Of a stretch of 64,000 bases of DNA, positions 22,494-35,600 are shown piece after piece. The DNA lies in the NCBI RefSeq assembly GCF_000372725.1, contig NW_005202176.1:380188-444187 (forward strand). Reading direction: 5' to 3'. Position 1 is the first letter of the stretch. Every line of letters begins with the position of its first letter. The notes under the pieces were generated by a model that was given only the letters and a program-made list of their open reading frames with translations, was not told the DNA's origin and ran no database searches. The translations under genes were made by a program, and so were the position numbers. Origin of the DNA: Emiliania huxleyi CCMP1516. Lineage: Eukaryota.

Positions 22494-24206
22494 ATGGCGT
22501 CCGGTGCCGGCAAGCGCGCCCGCACCGCCGGTGGAGACGGCGAGGAGGACGAGGAGCCCGTGCCGGTCGCGGATGGCTTCGAGGCTCCCATCTTTTTTGG
22601 CGCGCGCGTCGGCCAGGTCGCCACGCTGACGCTCGAGGGCGAGGACGGCCCTCTGGCATCGCTCGGGTCGGTTGGCGTCGCGAGCGACCACGCGGGCGCC
22701 TGGTACGTCGCGACCAAGGACTCGCTGCTGCACGTCTCGGCGGCCGGGCGCGTGCGACGCGTGGCAGCCTTGCCGGCAAGTGACGAGTACTACTACACCG
22801 CTGCCGCCAGCCCAAACGGGAGCGCGGCGTTTGCGGCGGACTGCGAGAACCACAAGATCCGGCGGGTGGAGGTGGCGACTGGCGAGGTGACGACGGTCGC
22901 GGGCAGCGGCGAGAATGGCGACGCGGATGGCGTGGGCGAAGCGGCGCAGTTCCGCTACCCAACTGGCATCGCCATCAGCCCGGACGGGAGCGCGCTATTT
23001 GTGGCGGACTGCTGCAACTACAAGATCCGGCGGGTGGAGGTGGCGACAGGCGCGGTGACGACGATCGCGGGCAGCGGCACAGCGGGCAGCGCTGATGGCG
23101 TGGGCGACGCGGCGGAGTTCGGCGGCCCACGTGGCATCGCCATCAGCCGAGACGGCGGCGCGCTGTTTGTGGCAGACCAAGGCCACGGTGAGATCCGGCG
23201 GGTTGAGGTGGCGACTGGAGAGGTGACGACGCTCGCGGGCGCTGGCATTTGGGGCAGCGCCGATGGCGTGGGCGACGCGGCGCAGTTCTACTGCCCACGT
23301 GGCATCGCCCTCAGCCCGGACGGGAGCGCGCTGTTTGTGGCGGACAACGGCAACCACAAGATGCGGCGGGTGGAGGTGGCGACTGGCGCGGTGACGACGA
23401 TCGGGGGCAGCGGCGAGGCTGGCGACGCGGACGGCGTGGGCAATGCGGCGCAGTTTACCAACCCAAAGGAAGTCGCCATCAGCCCCGACGGCAGCACGCT
23501 GTTGGTCGGTTCGAGAGGTGGCCTCCGCCAGGTCTGCGTGGCGGCGCCTCCTCCGCCTCCCTCCTTTGCCCCGATCGTCGTTCCGCCCTCCACCATCCTG
23601 GCCGACCTCGCAAAGACGCGTGGTGATGCTTCCCTGCCAGAGGGGAAGGTCACCTTCCTGGTCGGCGACGACCGGGAGCGCATCGAGCACGTGAGCAAGT
23701 GCCACCTCTGCATTCGGTCCGGGTACTATCGGACCATGTTTGGCATCGGCATGAAGGAGCGCGACGCCGCCGAGGTCACGGTGCCCCATATCGACCCCGC
23801 CAGCTTCACCGCCCTCATCGACTACCTCCTCTGCGACAAGTTCGACCTCGGCGAGGAGGAGGGCAGGGCGCAGCGCGCGCTCGACCTGCGGGAGCTGGCG
23901 CAGATGTACCAGGTGCCGCGCCTCGAGCTGCTCTGCGCGCAGGCGCTGCAGGAGAGCGTCGCGCCGGCGACCGCCGTGCCGCTGCTCGAGGCGGCGCACA
24001 CGATGGGCGACGGGCGGCTCCTCGCGCAGTGCCGCCGCTACGTGGCCGACCACGCCGCCGAGGTGCGGGCGAGCGGCGGCGTGGAGCAGCTGCGCGACTT
24101 GGGCGTGGCCAAGGGGCTGCTCGGCGACGCGCTCGACCAGGTGGCGGAGCTCAAGGGTGCGATGCGCGAGGCGGACCTCGAGAAGGTCCGGGCGGAGCGG
24201 GCATGA
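22494..24206 (+). CDS. NHL-repeat beta-propeller + BTB/POZ(-BACK-like) protein
   Basis: About 5 NHL repeats (FxxPxGIAISPDGSALFVAD..NHKIRRV), then VTFLVG...LCIRSGYYRTMFGIGMKE...FTALIDYL...LAQMYQVPRLELLC (BTB). Confidence 0.88.
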   Translation: MASGAGKRARTAGGDGEEDEEPVPVADGFEAPIFFGARVGQVATLTLEGEDGPLASLGSVGVASDHAGAWYVATKDSLLHVSAAGRVRRVAALPASDEYYYTAAASPNGSAAFAADCENHKIRRVEVATGEVTTVAGSGENGDADGVGEAAQFRYPTGIAISPDGSALFVADCCNYKIRRVEVATGAVTTIAGSGTAGSADGVGDAAEFGGPRGIAISRDGGALFVADQGHGEIRRVEVATGEVTTLAGAGIWGSADGVGDAAQFYCPRGIALSPDGSALFVADNGNHKMRRVEVATGAVTTIGGSGEAGDADGVGNAAQFTNPKEVAISPDGSTLLVGSRGGLRQVCVAAPPPPPSFAPIVVPPSTILADLAKTRGDASLPEGKVTFLVGDDRERIEHVSKCHLCIRSGYYRTMFGIGMKERDAAEVTVPHIDPASFTALIDYLLCDKFDLGEEEGRAQRALDLRELAQMYQVPRLELLCAQALQESVAPATAVPLLEAAHTMGDGRLLAQCRRYVADHAAEVRASGGVEQLRDLGVAKGLLGDALDQVAELKGAMREADLEKVRAERA

Positions 24207-25132
24207 GTGAGGGGCAGCGCCCCACGCCCTGCTCGCTCGCCGCTTGGGCCTTGGCACCAGCGAGAGCTGAGTGACGTTGCGGAGTGAGAGCGCAGCGCGC
24301 CGTGTACAGGGAGCAGCTCCTGCGACACCCTTGATTTCTCGGGTACGTAAGAGGCCACGGTCGGTGATACCCGCCTTGCCCTTGTCCCGAATCCAGCCCT
24401 TTGTTCGCGCATGAGGTTGGCGCCACGGGCCTGCCTCCCAAAGCCAACCCGCCCTTTGTTTGTTAACGTGAATGACTTTTGCTGGCCGGAACCGTTTTTG
24501 ATACGATTACCGTCGTAGTTCATCACCAAGCCTCTTTGACGGATGACTGCAGCCGGCGCACGAGCCCCTGCTGCCTCTACAGGGGAGCCGTTTGGTGCAA
24601 TCGGACCCATGAGCAAGTCTGACCCCGCCGTGTACCGCTCCGCCCCAATCCAAAAGAAGCTGTCTGCGGCTCTTTCCGTCAAGCAATGCAAGCAAGACCA
24701 ATCCCATCCCTCCCTTGGGTTGTCTGTTTTCTTTCTTTTTTCTTTTTCGTTATCGGCCGCCTGTTATCTCCCGATAAGACCCACACGAGCGGGTTCAGCT
24801 GAAACACACCTCTCTCGACATGCGAGGCTGACTGTGATCCGGCATGTCGCCCTCTCTCGCCGAAGCCTCTCCCTCCGGCCTTCCGCCACGCGCCAGCACC
24901 CAGCAGGAGGCAGGCAGGCAGAATCAAACCCAAGATGCGCCTGGGCCTTGAGAAGGGGGTCGTGAGTGCCGGGATTATTGGGAAGGGCGGGGACGCCCCC
25001 GGGAATTCTTTCGTGCAAGTCTGCTGAAAGAGGGGCGGGGTGCTAGAATTCTTTTACCAAGCGACAAGGGAGACGGCCCGCTGACTGCGAAAGCGGCGTG
25101 ACAGAGCGCGGTCAAGAGCGGCCAAGCGTGCG

Positions 25133-25711
25133 ATGGGCCTCATGCAGGTTGAGTGCCCCGTGGGCGCGGGCGCCGGTCAGCGCATCAAGATTATGGCAAA
25201 CGGCGCCGAGTACGAGGTGGAGGTCCCGGCGGGCATAGTTGCCGGCCAGACCTTCCAAATTGAAATCCCCGACGCGGCTCCGCAGTCCAGCGTGCCAATC
25301 GCGCAGGGAGTCATGGTGCAGCCCGACTATGCGCAGCCAACGCCGCAGTACGCGCAACCGCCGCAGTACGCGCAACCGCCGCAGTACGCGCCACAGCCGC
25401 AATACATGCAGCCGCAGTCCGCATACGCTCCCCACCCGGGCTACGCGCCGGGCGGGGTTCAGCACGTGGTGGTTCACGAGGGCCCCGCCCCTCAGTTCGT
25501 GTCCGAGGTCCGTCGCTCGCCCCCCGCCCGCCCCACGCCCGTGCCCCGCCCGGCCAGCGCCGCAACAGCGGCCGCGAAGGAATGACCCGACCCTCCCCTC
25601 GCGCCACAGCCGTACTGCGGCCCGCTCTCGCTCCTGATCTGCCTCTTCGTGCCGTGCGGTTTCTGGATCGGCTGCTGCCCCATCGACGAGCGCCTCGTCC
25701 GCGTCGGCTGA
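25133..25711 (+). CDS. Small Pro/Gln/Tyr-rich protein with Cys-rich C-terminal membrane segment; exons 25133-25507, 25610-25711
   Basis: A GT-AG intron joins the PQYAQP repeats to PYCGPLSLLICLFVPCGFWIGCCPIDERLVRVG*. Confidence 0.7.
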
Positions 25712-27167
25712 GCACGGACAGAGAGTGGAGGATTGTGCGGGGGTGCCCACCGCGGAGGTCAGTCTCTCGGTGCATTTTTACAAACCCACCCGCAAGTGTG
25801 TCGGTAGTCTGCCGCGGTGGAGAAGTCTCTTGATTTGTACTTATACTTGTCGTATATACGGAATCATCAATACGGCTCTTGCGCCTACCCCACTACGGGT
25901 AGCCCATTCACGCGCGCGCTCCGTTGCTAATACGAATAACCCCGCCGATTAGTGTCGTATATCAATTAGTCCGTGCGTCCCTTCGTTTCGTGTGTTTTGG
26001 GATCCTTCGTATTGTTCGAATCCTATGGAGCAAGACGACCTCGGAGACTGGCTCTCACCGCTCTCGCGCAACAGCGAAGCACCGCCCTCTCCATCTCCGC
26101 TCGCCGCCCCGCCTGGCACTCCCCACGCCGGAGTGGGAGCGGGTGCGGGTCTTGTGCAGCTCTCGCATTGTACGGTCCTGGCTACTGCCTTCCATTTTGG
26201 CTGCACCCCGCGTGAGCCGTGTGTGTGTGTGCCGACCGGGGACCCGGACCCCGCTCCCCGGACGGCGCGTCCGCGACCCGGACGGGCCGGTAGCTAGAGA
26301 ATGACCTCTCATACTGGAAACAGAGCCCCCCCCCACCCCCCCCCACCAAAAAACCCCCACTCACCGAGCGATTTCTTTTGGTTGTTCTTTTCTTTTATTT
26401 CGTCGCTGGCTGGTGGTGGCTTAGTTGTTTGCCACACACACGCACCCCTTTGGGCCACGCAATTTCTTTTCCTTGTTCTTTTCGGTTCTTGTTTTTAACG
26501 CTCCGTTTCTTAATCTCTATGTTCTTTTTTCGCACGACATTGTTGTAAAATTCTTTTTTCGAAGCCAGGAGAGAGCCACCGTCCAGCAACAAACCTGTCT
26601 GCACGTCTCGCGCGCGCGTGAACAGGGCTCCAGGCCCCAAATGACGTGTGAGTGTTAGATTTGTTTGGTATTGCTAAAAATCTCTCCCGTCCAGCCGATG
26701 ATATCAGCCGAAATGCGATGGCCGATGCCACCTCCCGTTCGGGTAACAAGCATGATGACACACCCGGGAGCTCGTGTCGCGTGCTCGGACGCCTGTCCGC
26801 ATGCACGCGACCGCGAATAATAAATAAATACAACGGGCATCCCAAGCTAGGGCTGGGTCGAGGACAGACACGTCCCCACCTTTGCAGGATTTTGCAAAAG
26901 CGAGGGGGGAGGGCGCATCGCCGCGCGGAGAGGGCTGGGCACAGGGCACAGGGGATCTCTCTCGCATAGGATATGCACTCGGCGACCGCGAGTGTGACGA
27001 CCGAGAGCTGCGCGAATTCTTTTTTCGCCTGTGTTCGTGCCAGTGCGCGCCAGTCCCGTGCCCAGTGTCGTGCGAGGGAGTTTTGTTGTAAGATTCTTTT
27101 TTCGAAGCCCGGCGGGAGCGGCCTAGAGGAGAGAGGCGCTCAGCACCCGCAACCCCGCCCCCTTTGC

Positions 27168-29378
27168 ATGCCCGGCCGAACGAAGGCTGGCTCGGCCGCG
27201 TCCCGGCGCGGGCACGCGTCAACGGCGGCTACTGCTGCGCCGCTCTCGCTGCCGAAAAGGATCGAATCGGCGGCGGAGAACGGCAAGGTCGACGTGGTGC
27301 AGACGTGGCTCAGCGGGGCTGGGCGGGTTGACGCGACGTGCGTGCGTGGCGGTGTGTGCGGCTGTACGCTCCTGCTGATCGCCACCGAACACGGTCACAA
27401 AGAGATTATCGAACTACTGCTGAAGCGCGGCGCGGAGGCGGACGCGCGCGATGGCGAAGACCATACGGCGCTGATGGCCGCCGCCCGCTGGGGCTACGAG
27501 CTGGTGGCCGAGATGCTGCTGCGGCACGGCGTAGAGATCAACCTGCAGAACAGCGCAGGCAGCACCGCGCTGATGGTGGCCGCCGCCAACGGCCACGAGC
27601 AGGTGGCCGAGATGCTGATTCAGCACGGCGCGGAGATCAACCTTCAAGCTGGTGACGCCAGTACGGCGCTGATGGCCGCCGCCGCCGAGGGCCACGAGCG
27701 GGTGGCTGACTTGCTGCTGCGGCACGGGGCGGAGATCGACCTTCAAGACAGTTGCAACGGCCACACTGCGCTCACGGGCGCCGCCTGCATCGGCCATCCC
27801 ACCGTCGTGCTTCGCCTGCTGCGCGCGGGCGCAGACATGACGCTGCGCACTGCGGCGGGCAAGACGGCGCTACAGATCGCCAACGAGAAGGGCCACGCCG
27901 AGTGCGTCGCCGCCGTCAGGACGTATCTCGGCGAGGTGGCGGCTCGGAGCAAGGCGCCGTCGGCCGAGGCGGGCGGCGCAGGGGCGGGCGGCGCACCCGC
28001 AGGCGAAGCGGCGGCGGGCGCCAGTGCCGCGGCCTCTGCTTCCAGCGGCGAGGGTGGAGCGGAGACCGCGCCGGGCAGCGGGGCGGTGCCAGAGGAGGTC
28101 GTGCTAGCGGCTCGGCGAGGCGAAGAGGCGACGGTGCTGGCGTGGCTCGACGGCGGCGGGCGGGTCGACGCGACGTTCGAGTACACCTTTGATTGCGGCT
28201 CTCGTGTGAGCGGCATGACGCTGCTGATGGTCGCAATGGTCCAAAACCACGCGGTGCTGGCGGAGGCGCTTCTGCGGCGCGGTGCGGATGTCTCATTGCT
28301 GACCAGCGATGGCAGCTGCTATGCGCTGGGTCTCGCCGCCGTGAACGGCCGCGAAAAGCTGGTCAAGCTGGCATTGCGGCACGGCGCGGAGATCAATCAG
28401 AGAAGCCGCACGACCGGTTGCACCGCGCTGATGGACGCCGCCTACGAAGGTCGCGAGCGGGTGGTCCACACGCTGATCCGGCACGGCGCAGAGATCGACC
28501 ATCAGGACAACGACGACGGCACCGCCCTGATTCAAGCCGCCGCCGTCGGCCACCCTGCCGTCGTGCGTCAGCTGCTGCGGGGGGGCGCAGACATGACGCT
28601 GAGCACTATGGATGGCAAGACCGCGCTGCAATGGGCCAAGGAGAGGGGCCAAGCCGAGTGCGTGTGCGCCCTCGAGGAGCACGCGGCGGCCAAGGCGGCG
28701 GCCGAGAAGGCGGCGAATGAGGCGGCGTGGGCTGCGGGGGCGGCGGAGAGGGCGGCGCAGAGGGCGGCGGAGGAGAAGGAGGCGGCCCGGCACGCCGAGG
28801 AGCTACTGGCGGAGGTCGAGGCGGAGAAGCGCGCCAAGGGCAAGAAGGGCAAGAAGAAGAAGAAGGGCGGCGGGAGCGGCGGCGCTGGGCCGTCGCAGGA
28901 GTCCGAGGCGCCGGCAGAGGCAGCCGCAGCCAAGCCCGCGCCGTTGGACAGGGAGGGGCTGCTCCGGCTTCTCGCGGAGCTCCACGAGGACAGGATCCGG
29001 TTCGGCATCACGGCGGAGACGTCGGTCGAGGGATTGGCGGAGGCGCTGGGAGAGGCGGCGGGCGAGGCGAGCGAGGAGGAGGGTGAGGAGGAGACGGAGG
29101 CGGCCGAGGAGGAGGGCGAGGAGGAGGGCGAGGAGGAGGGCGAGGAGGCGGCAGCGGAGGCGCGCCGGCAGGCTGAGGCGAAGGCTGCGGCTGTGGCAGC
29201 GGCAGAAGAGGAGGAGGAGGCCGCGGCGGCGGCGGAGGCGGCGGCCGAGGCGGCAGTTGCAGCGGTAGCGGCGGCAGCGGCGGCGGCAGCGGCGGCGGCA
29301 GAGGCGGCGCTCGCCGCAGCCAAGGCGAGGCGCGTCTCGGCGGCCGCTGCGAGGGCGAAGGCGCGGGAGGCGGCCTAG
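27168..29378 (+). CDS. Ankyrin-repeat protein (two ANK arrays) with Lys-rich and Glu/Ala-rich tail
   Basis: Repeated GxTALMxAAxxGHxxVxxxLLxxGAxxxxxD motifs and KKGKKKKK. Convergent with the PKS. Confidence 0.9.
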   Translation: MPGRTKAGSAASRRGHASTAATAAPLSLPKRIESAAENGKVDVVQTWLSGAGRVDATCVRGGVCGCTLLLIATEHGHKEIIELLLKRGAEADARDGEDHTALMAAARWGYELVAEMLLRHGVEINLQNSAGSTALMVAAANGHEQVAEMLIQHGAEINLQAGDASTALMAAAAEGHERVADLLLRHGAEIDLQDSCNGHTALTGAACIGHPTVVLRLLRAGADMTLRTAAGKTALQIANEKGHAECVAAVRTYLGEVAARSKAPSAEAGGAGAGGAPAGEAAAGASAAASASSGEGGAETAPGSGAVPEEVVLAARRGEEATVLAWLDGGGRVDATFEYTFDCGSRVSGMTLLMVAMVQNHAVLAEALLRRGADVSLLTSDGSCYALGLAAVNGREKLVKLALRHGAEINQRSRTTGCTALMDAAYEGRERVVHTLIRHGAEIDHQDNDDGTALIQAAAVGHPAVVRQLLRGGADMTLSTMDGKTALQWAKERGQAECVCALEEHAAAKAAAEKAANEAAWAAGAAERAAQRAAEEKEAARHAEELLAEVEAEKRAKGKKGKKKKKGGGSGGAGPSQESEAPAEAAAAKPAPLDREGLLRLLAELHEDRIRFGITAETSVEGLAEALGEAAGEASEEEGEEETEAAEEEGEEEGEEEGEEAAAEARRQAEAKAAAVAAAEEEEEAAAAAEAAAEAAVAAVAAAAAAAAAAAEAALAAAKARRVSAAAARAKAREAA

Positions 29379-29667
29379 CCCACGCGCCGAAGAGGACTGC
29401 TGGCGCAGACCGCAGTGGCAACCATGTGTGGGGAAGGGATTCGAAGGGTGTCGCTCGGACTTTGGCAACATATATCGAGAATGTACAACTCTCTCGAGTC
29501 ACGAGTGTACGTACGTACTTATAGCTTACTGGGAGAAAAGAGTCGAGTGTACGTTACACTTTTTTGGTTCACATGCCTCCCTGCGACCGCGGTCCGCGCA
29601 ACGATGGTGTGTGTGTGTGAGACGCACAGACGACGTCAACACGCGACAGATGTCAAACACCCGACGC

Positions 29668-32600
29668 TTACGCCCCCATGTCATCCGAGTTGAGGACGAC
29701 AGGCCCAACACGCCCGCCCTCGAGCCTCTGCCGCGCGGGCACCGCCGGCTGAAGGCAGCCGCGGACGCCCGCGAGCAGCTCGGCGAGCGCGCCCTGCCAC
29801 CCGTCCGCCTTGAGCGAGCCGCCGCCACCGCTGGTTGCGGCGGCGCGGGTCGAGCGAGAGCGCGGCAGCTCCTCCAGCGCCTTGGCCGGCGGCGACGGCG
29901 CGAGGAACTCGGCCGCCATCGCCTTGAACCGCTCGTCGCGGCGCGCGATGCACTGCATCACCACGTCGAAGTGCTGCCCCTCGAGCTCCAGCTCGAGCGC
30001 CGACGCCCCAAACTCGCCGAGCGAGCCCTGGATCTGCACCATCCGCTCGAGCGCGCCGAGCGCCCTCGCGCCGAGCACGCGCTCGAAGTCGTCGCGGATG
30101 TGCGCGAGCGAGGAGCCCTCGTCGAGCATCTTTCGGAAGTCGGACGCGTTCTCGTACTTTGCGAACGCCGCGCGCACCATCGCCGAGCGGCCTCCCGTCA
30201 GCCGGTCGACCACGGCGTCGTCGACGTTGCGCAGCCCTTGCGTCATGAGGAAGCTGAAGTACGCCCCTCGCTCGCTCGCGCGTACCATGAGTATGGCGGG
30301 CTCGCCGCGCTCGCCGGCAAAGGCGAAGGGCCGCGGCGGCTTCGGCGCCCTCCCTCCCCACTCGTCCCACACCAGCTGGATGAGCTGCTTGTGCACAGCG
30401 ATCCGGACGGCGGCGGCGCGCGTCGCCTCCTGCGCCTGCGCGATGCTCGGGCGCGCAGGCAGCGAGGCCTTGGCCAGGACGAAGGCGAGGGCGCCCTCGG
30501 GCGAGCCGCGCACCTCGTCAAGGATCCCCTGCAGGGCCTCGAGCCCGCCCGCGTCGCGCGCGCCGCCGAGCTGGATCGTGGGGCCGATGATGAGCGACTC
30601 GGCCGCCATCGCGAAGCTGATGTGCACGTGGCGCGAGAGCTCGCGCAGGAAGCCCGGCATTGCGCCCGACTCTGGCGGGTCGATGAGCACGAGGCCGCGC
30701 GGCCGCCCGCCGAGGCTCCGCGCGATGAGGGCGACTCTGTGCGCGACCAGCGCGCCGAGCGAGCCGCCGATCAGGTCAAAGGGCGAGTCAGCCAGGTAGG
30801 CGACCAGCTCGGCGGCGTACGCCTCGGAGAGCTGCTGGATGGAGGTCGACCCCTCGACGACGCCACTCCAAAAGGCGGGGTGGCGCAGCGCGATCACCTC
30901 GCGCTCGAGCACGTTGGAGGGCTTGTACCACCGCTCGTAGCCTTGCTCGTCGCCGACGACGCTGTGTGCTATGACGAGCGGCGGCGCAGCCGGCGCCGCG
31001 GCAGGTTTGCCGCACAGCCGCACGAGCGACGGACTGATGTACTCAGCCTGCTCGGCTCCAGCGTGCTCGGTCCGATCCGTGGAGGTGGGCGCAGCGGCCG
31101 TGGCCGACGCCTCGACCGACTCCCCAGCTTGCGCTCCTGGCCCCGCCTCGGGCGGTGCGGCCGTGGCACTCGCGCCAAGGTGCAGAGCGAGGGAGCGCGC
31201 CGTCGGGTGGTCAATGAGCAGCGTGCTCGGCAGCTCGTCGACGCCCGTCGCGTGCTGCAGCTGGGTGCGCAACTCGACCGCGCCGAGCGAGTCGAGCCCC
31301 GCATCTGCGAGAGGGACGTCCGCATCGACGCTGCCACTCATAGCGCCACCGATGATGTCGAGGATAGAGTCGAGGTTGAGCGCCACAGACTTCGTGTAGC
31401 CGCCAGCCGCCTTCTCCTTGAGCAGACGCCGGTTCTTCCACGGCAGGAGCAGGCCGGGCACGGGGCCAGCGGCTCCCCGGCCGAGCAGCAGCGGCCACTC
31501 GGCCGGCCACACCGCCACGACGCGGTCGCACCGCGCCAGCGAGGCGTGAAGGGCGTCCCACGCCATCGCACGCGTGACGGCGCCCATGCCGCTCTTCGTC
31601 GCCCGCTCGTCCGCCCCGTGGCGCGCAGCGTAGCCGATCTCGGCGACGGCGCCCCACTGCGTGCCGAGCCCGCCCAGGCCCGCGTCGCGCCGGCAGTGCA
31701 CCAGCGAGTCGAGCCACGTGTTGGCCGCAGAGTGCGGCGTCGCGGCGGCGTTGCCGATGAGCCCCGCCACCGACGAGTAGGCGTGGAAGTGCTGCAGCGC
31801 GCCGGCGAGGCTGGCCGCGTGCAGCCAGCCCGCGCCGTGCACCTTGGGCGCGAAGACCGTGGCGAAGTGGCCCATCGTCTGGTTGCGCACCGTCGCATCC
31901 GCAAGCAAGCCCGCGGCGTGGTAGACCCCGCACAGCGGCATGCAGCTCTGCTGCACGGCGCCGGCAAGCGCCCGCACAGCGGTGGCGTCAGACACGTCGC
32001 AACGGGCGGGCGACACGGCAACGCGGCTGGTGAGCCACGCCCAGTCCGCCTCGCTGCCGCTCTGCACGCGCCCGCTGCGACACGAAAGCACCAGGTGCTT
32101 CGCGCCACGCCCGACGAGCATGCGTGCCGTCAGCAAGCCGAGCCCGCCGAGCCCACCCGAGAAGAGGTGGGTGCCGCGATCGAGCTCCGCGCGCCGTGCG
32201 CCAGGCGACCGCTCGCCCACCTGGGAGACGATGATCGCCTGCGTCTCGAGCAGCAGGCCGTCGCCGCGCATGCAGTGGGAGCTGGCAAAGCCGCTCGCCG
32301 CCAGGATCTGACGCCAGTGCTCCCACGACAGCAGCGGGCTCGGCTGGTTGGTGCGCTCCGGGTCGCTCGCAAACATCCACCACCCGTCGGTCAGGCCAAA
32401 CGTGGTCTGCAAAAATCCACTCGTTCGAAGCAGCTCATTCAGAAGAAGGAAGCCCCCGTCGCAGAGCAGGCGGCGGCAGTTTCGCAGCGTGTTGCGGATG
32501 AAGGGCGTCGCGTGCAGCACGTTGGTGGCGATGGCGAGGTCGAACGATCCCGAGGCGAAGCCCTGGAGGCGCGAGTCGGCGTCGATGTTGAGCAGCTCAA

Positions 32601-35600
32601 AGCGCATGAAGCCGGCGTACTCGGCAAAGCGCCGCTGCGCCTGGTTGAGGAAGACCTCCGACACGTCGGTGAACATGTACTGCTCGCACACCCGACGCAG
32701 CCGCGGCAGCACGCTCGATGCCGTGCCGCCCGTGCCGGCGCCAACCTCGACGACGCTCAAGAAGCGGCCGGCTGGCAGGCTGGCAATGATGGAGTCGATC
32801 GCGGCCACCACGCACTCGTTGTAGAAGCGAGCGTTGACGGCGTCCTCGTACACGGGCAGCGTCAGCTCCATCGACCCTCCCGGGAAGAGGAGCTCCTGGT
32901 AGGCGACGGTGCCGAGGAGGGCGGCGGCGAGCTGGGAGGCACATCGTTGAGTCAAGCCAACCTCAGGCCAGAGCCGCGGCGACACTGCGAGCACGTCTTC
33001 GTACGATGCGGGCTCTGTGGGCGGCTCGATGGCGGCGCACCACTCATGTAGCAGCCGGTGGTGCCACTTGGGGATGGCAGAAGGGTCCAAACCGCTCAGG
33101 GCGCGGGCGATGTCGTGCCTCACAGCCCTCTCAAGCACCTCGTGGGCGTCCGTCACCTGCGGCAATTCCTCGAGCGCGCGCACCGCGTCCGACACGTGGG
33201 CATCAAGCAGCTCGCAGAGCGGCGCAAACGCCACCGCCAACGAGCTTGGCGCACCCAACCGGACAGGTATCGTGATCACCACCTTGCCGAGGTTTGCGCC
33301 GCCCGAGAGGAACCGGAACGCGTCTCGTGCCTCGCGCTCGATGCCGAAGCTGCGGAGCGGGAGGCCGTGGACCACAACCGCCTCGAGCCGCCGCGCGAGG
33401 ACCTGCAGCACCTCTGCAGAGTACCAGTCAGGGTCGGCGGGGACGTCGAGCGCCATGTCGAGGACGGAATAGGCGCTCGGCACGGCGGCGGCGGCTCGCG
33501 CAAAGCTCCACACGGAGCGCTTCCCGATCTCTTCGAACCGGCCGGCCGGCGCAAGGAGCGCGAAGGAGGTGGAGATGAAGTCCGCGGACAGGCTGTTGAG
33601 CACGCCGTCCAGGCGCCGCCCGCCAAGCTGCGATGCGAGCGAATGCCCGCACGAGGCAGCTTGGCGAGAGCTCGCAGTCGAGCGTACGCCGCAGCACCGC
33701 AGGAGGTGGTGCTTGCGCGGGGCGCCCGCGGTGCCAAAGAGCCGGAGGCGAAGCCACGCGGCGTACTCCGAAGCCGCCAGGCCAACGCCGCCGGCCGTAG
33801 CGTGCACGAGCAGCCGCCGCGAGCCGACGAGCCGGGACCGGACGAACGCCACGTGCACAGTGCACCAGGTGCTGATCAGAGTGGTCGCGGCCTCAAAGCT
33901 CACCGCGCTCGGCTTGCGCACCTGCAATCGCGCGTCGCAGCACACATGCGATGCGAGGCAAGCATTGGAGATACCGAAGCAAGCGTCGCGCTGAGCAATG
34001 TGAGCGACCTGCGAGCCCGCGTGCTCCACCATGCCAGCGCAGTCGGAACCCGGGTCGGCTCGAGGCCCCGGATACTGATCCAAAACGATCAGGACATCCC
34101 GGAAGTTGAGGCCGACCGCATGCACGGCGATGCTGACCTCGGTGGGCGCCACCTCGTTGCCATCGCGGGACGAGTGGTCGCCCCGAGGCTCGAGCTTGAG
34201 GTTCGCGAATGAGCCGCGGGGCTCGCAAGTCAGGACGATCGACTGCAACGCCGCCGGCGATCTCCGCAAGGTCAGCCGGCGAACGTGCATCGAGCCGCCG
34301 CGGAGCGCCGCCTCGTTCTCGGCGGCGGGTCCCACTCGCAGGCCGTGGACGAACCCGTCCTCGGATGCCAGCGCGCGCGAGCGCACGAGCTCGGCCGCGC
34401 CACGCAGCGACTGCGCGCACCCGAAGTCGAGGTCCAGGTTGTACAGCGGCAGCCCGGCTGCCTCTTGCAGACACGCACGCGCAAAGCCCCACAGACCGGC
34501 GTGCTCGCTCGAGCTCCGCCGCACGGAGGCGACGGGCTGGGTCAGGTGCGTGCAGACCCACACCGGCACAGCGGCGGGCAGGTCCATCTGCCACTGCACG
34601 ATGGTCAGCGCCGACGCGATGCTGCCCAGCGCGGCCGCAGCCCGGGGCGGCGCGACGAGGACGACGCCATCGAGAGCGCCGGCCTCGCGCAGCTCCGAGG
34701 CGGACCCGCTCTCCGCGCGCCGAGCGATGCTCCGCCCGAGCGCCGCGGCCAGCGTGCCGCGCCGGTCGCCCACGAGCAAGACGCGGGCCTCCCGGCTCGG
34801 ATCGGCCGCGGCGGAGGCCACCGGAGCCCACTCCGTCGCAAAGTAGCCAACCTTTTCAGTGGCCTTGGTCTCGGGCTTCTGTCGCCAAGCAAAGAGGGTT
34901 CGCTTAAAGCGTAAGGATGGCCCCCACGGGACCGCTACGTCATCGCCAGAGATAGTCAATAGATGGTGCACAATGGTGCCGCTGTACCCAAACGAGCTCA
35001 CGCCGCCGAGCCGAGTGGCGTTGCCGCCCTCCCACGTCGTCGCGAGCTGCGTCTGGTGCAAGACGCGGACGCTCTCGATCGCGGAAGCCACGTGCGGGTT
35101 GAGCACGCGGAGCTGTGCGTTGGGCGACGCCTGATCGGTCACCAGCTTCAGCCCGAGGCGAAGAAGCCCCGCGGCACCGGCAGCCGCTTCGGCATGGCCC
35201 GCGTTGGCCTTGATGCTGCCCACTGCCGTGATGGAACCGTGCCCTGCAAGCAAGGTCGCGGCGAGCGAGCCCACCTCGATCGGGTCGCCGAGCGACGTGC
35301 CAGTGCCGTGCGCCTCGACGCAGCTCAGATCATCGCAGGTCGATCCGGCATCGACGAGCGCTGCCTCAAGGAGCGCCTGCTGCGCCTTGCCGTTTGGCGC
35401 GGTGAGGCTCGCGCTCTTGCCGTCTTGCCGCACGCAGCTCCCGGTGGAGACGAGGGACGACTCCGACTTGGCGTGCGACAGCAGTGTGAGGGCACAGCAG
35501 GACTCGCCACGCGCAAAGCCATCAGCGCGGGCGTCAAAAGTGTGGCAGCGCCCCCGCGCCGACGTCATGCCAGCCGTCGCAAAGCTTGTCCCCAGCGACG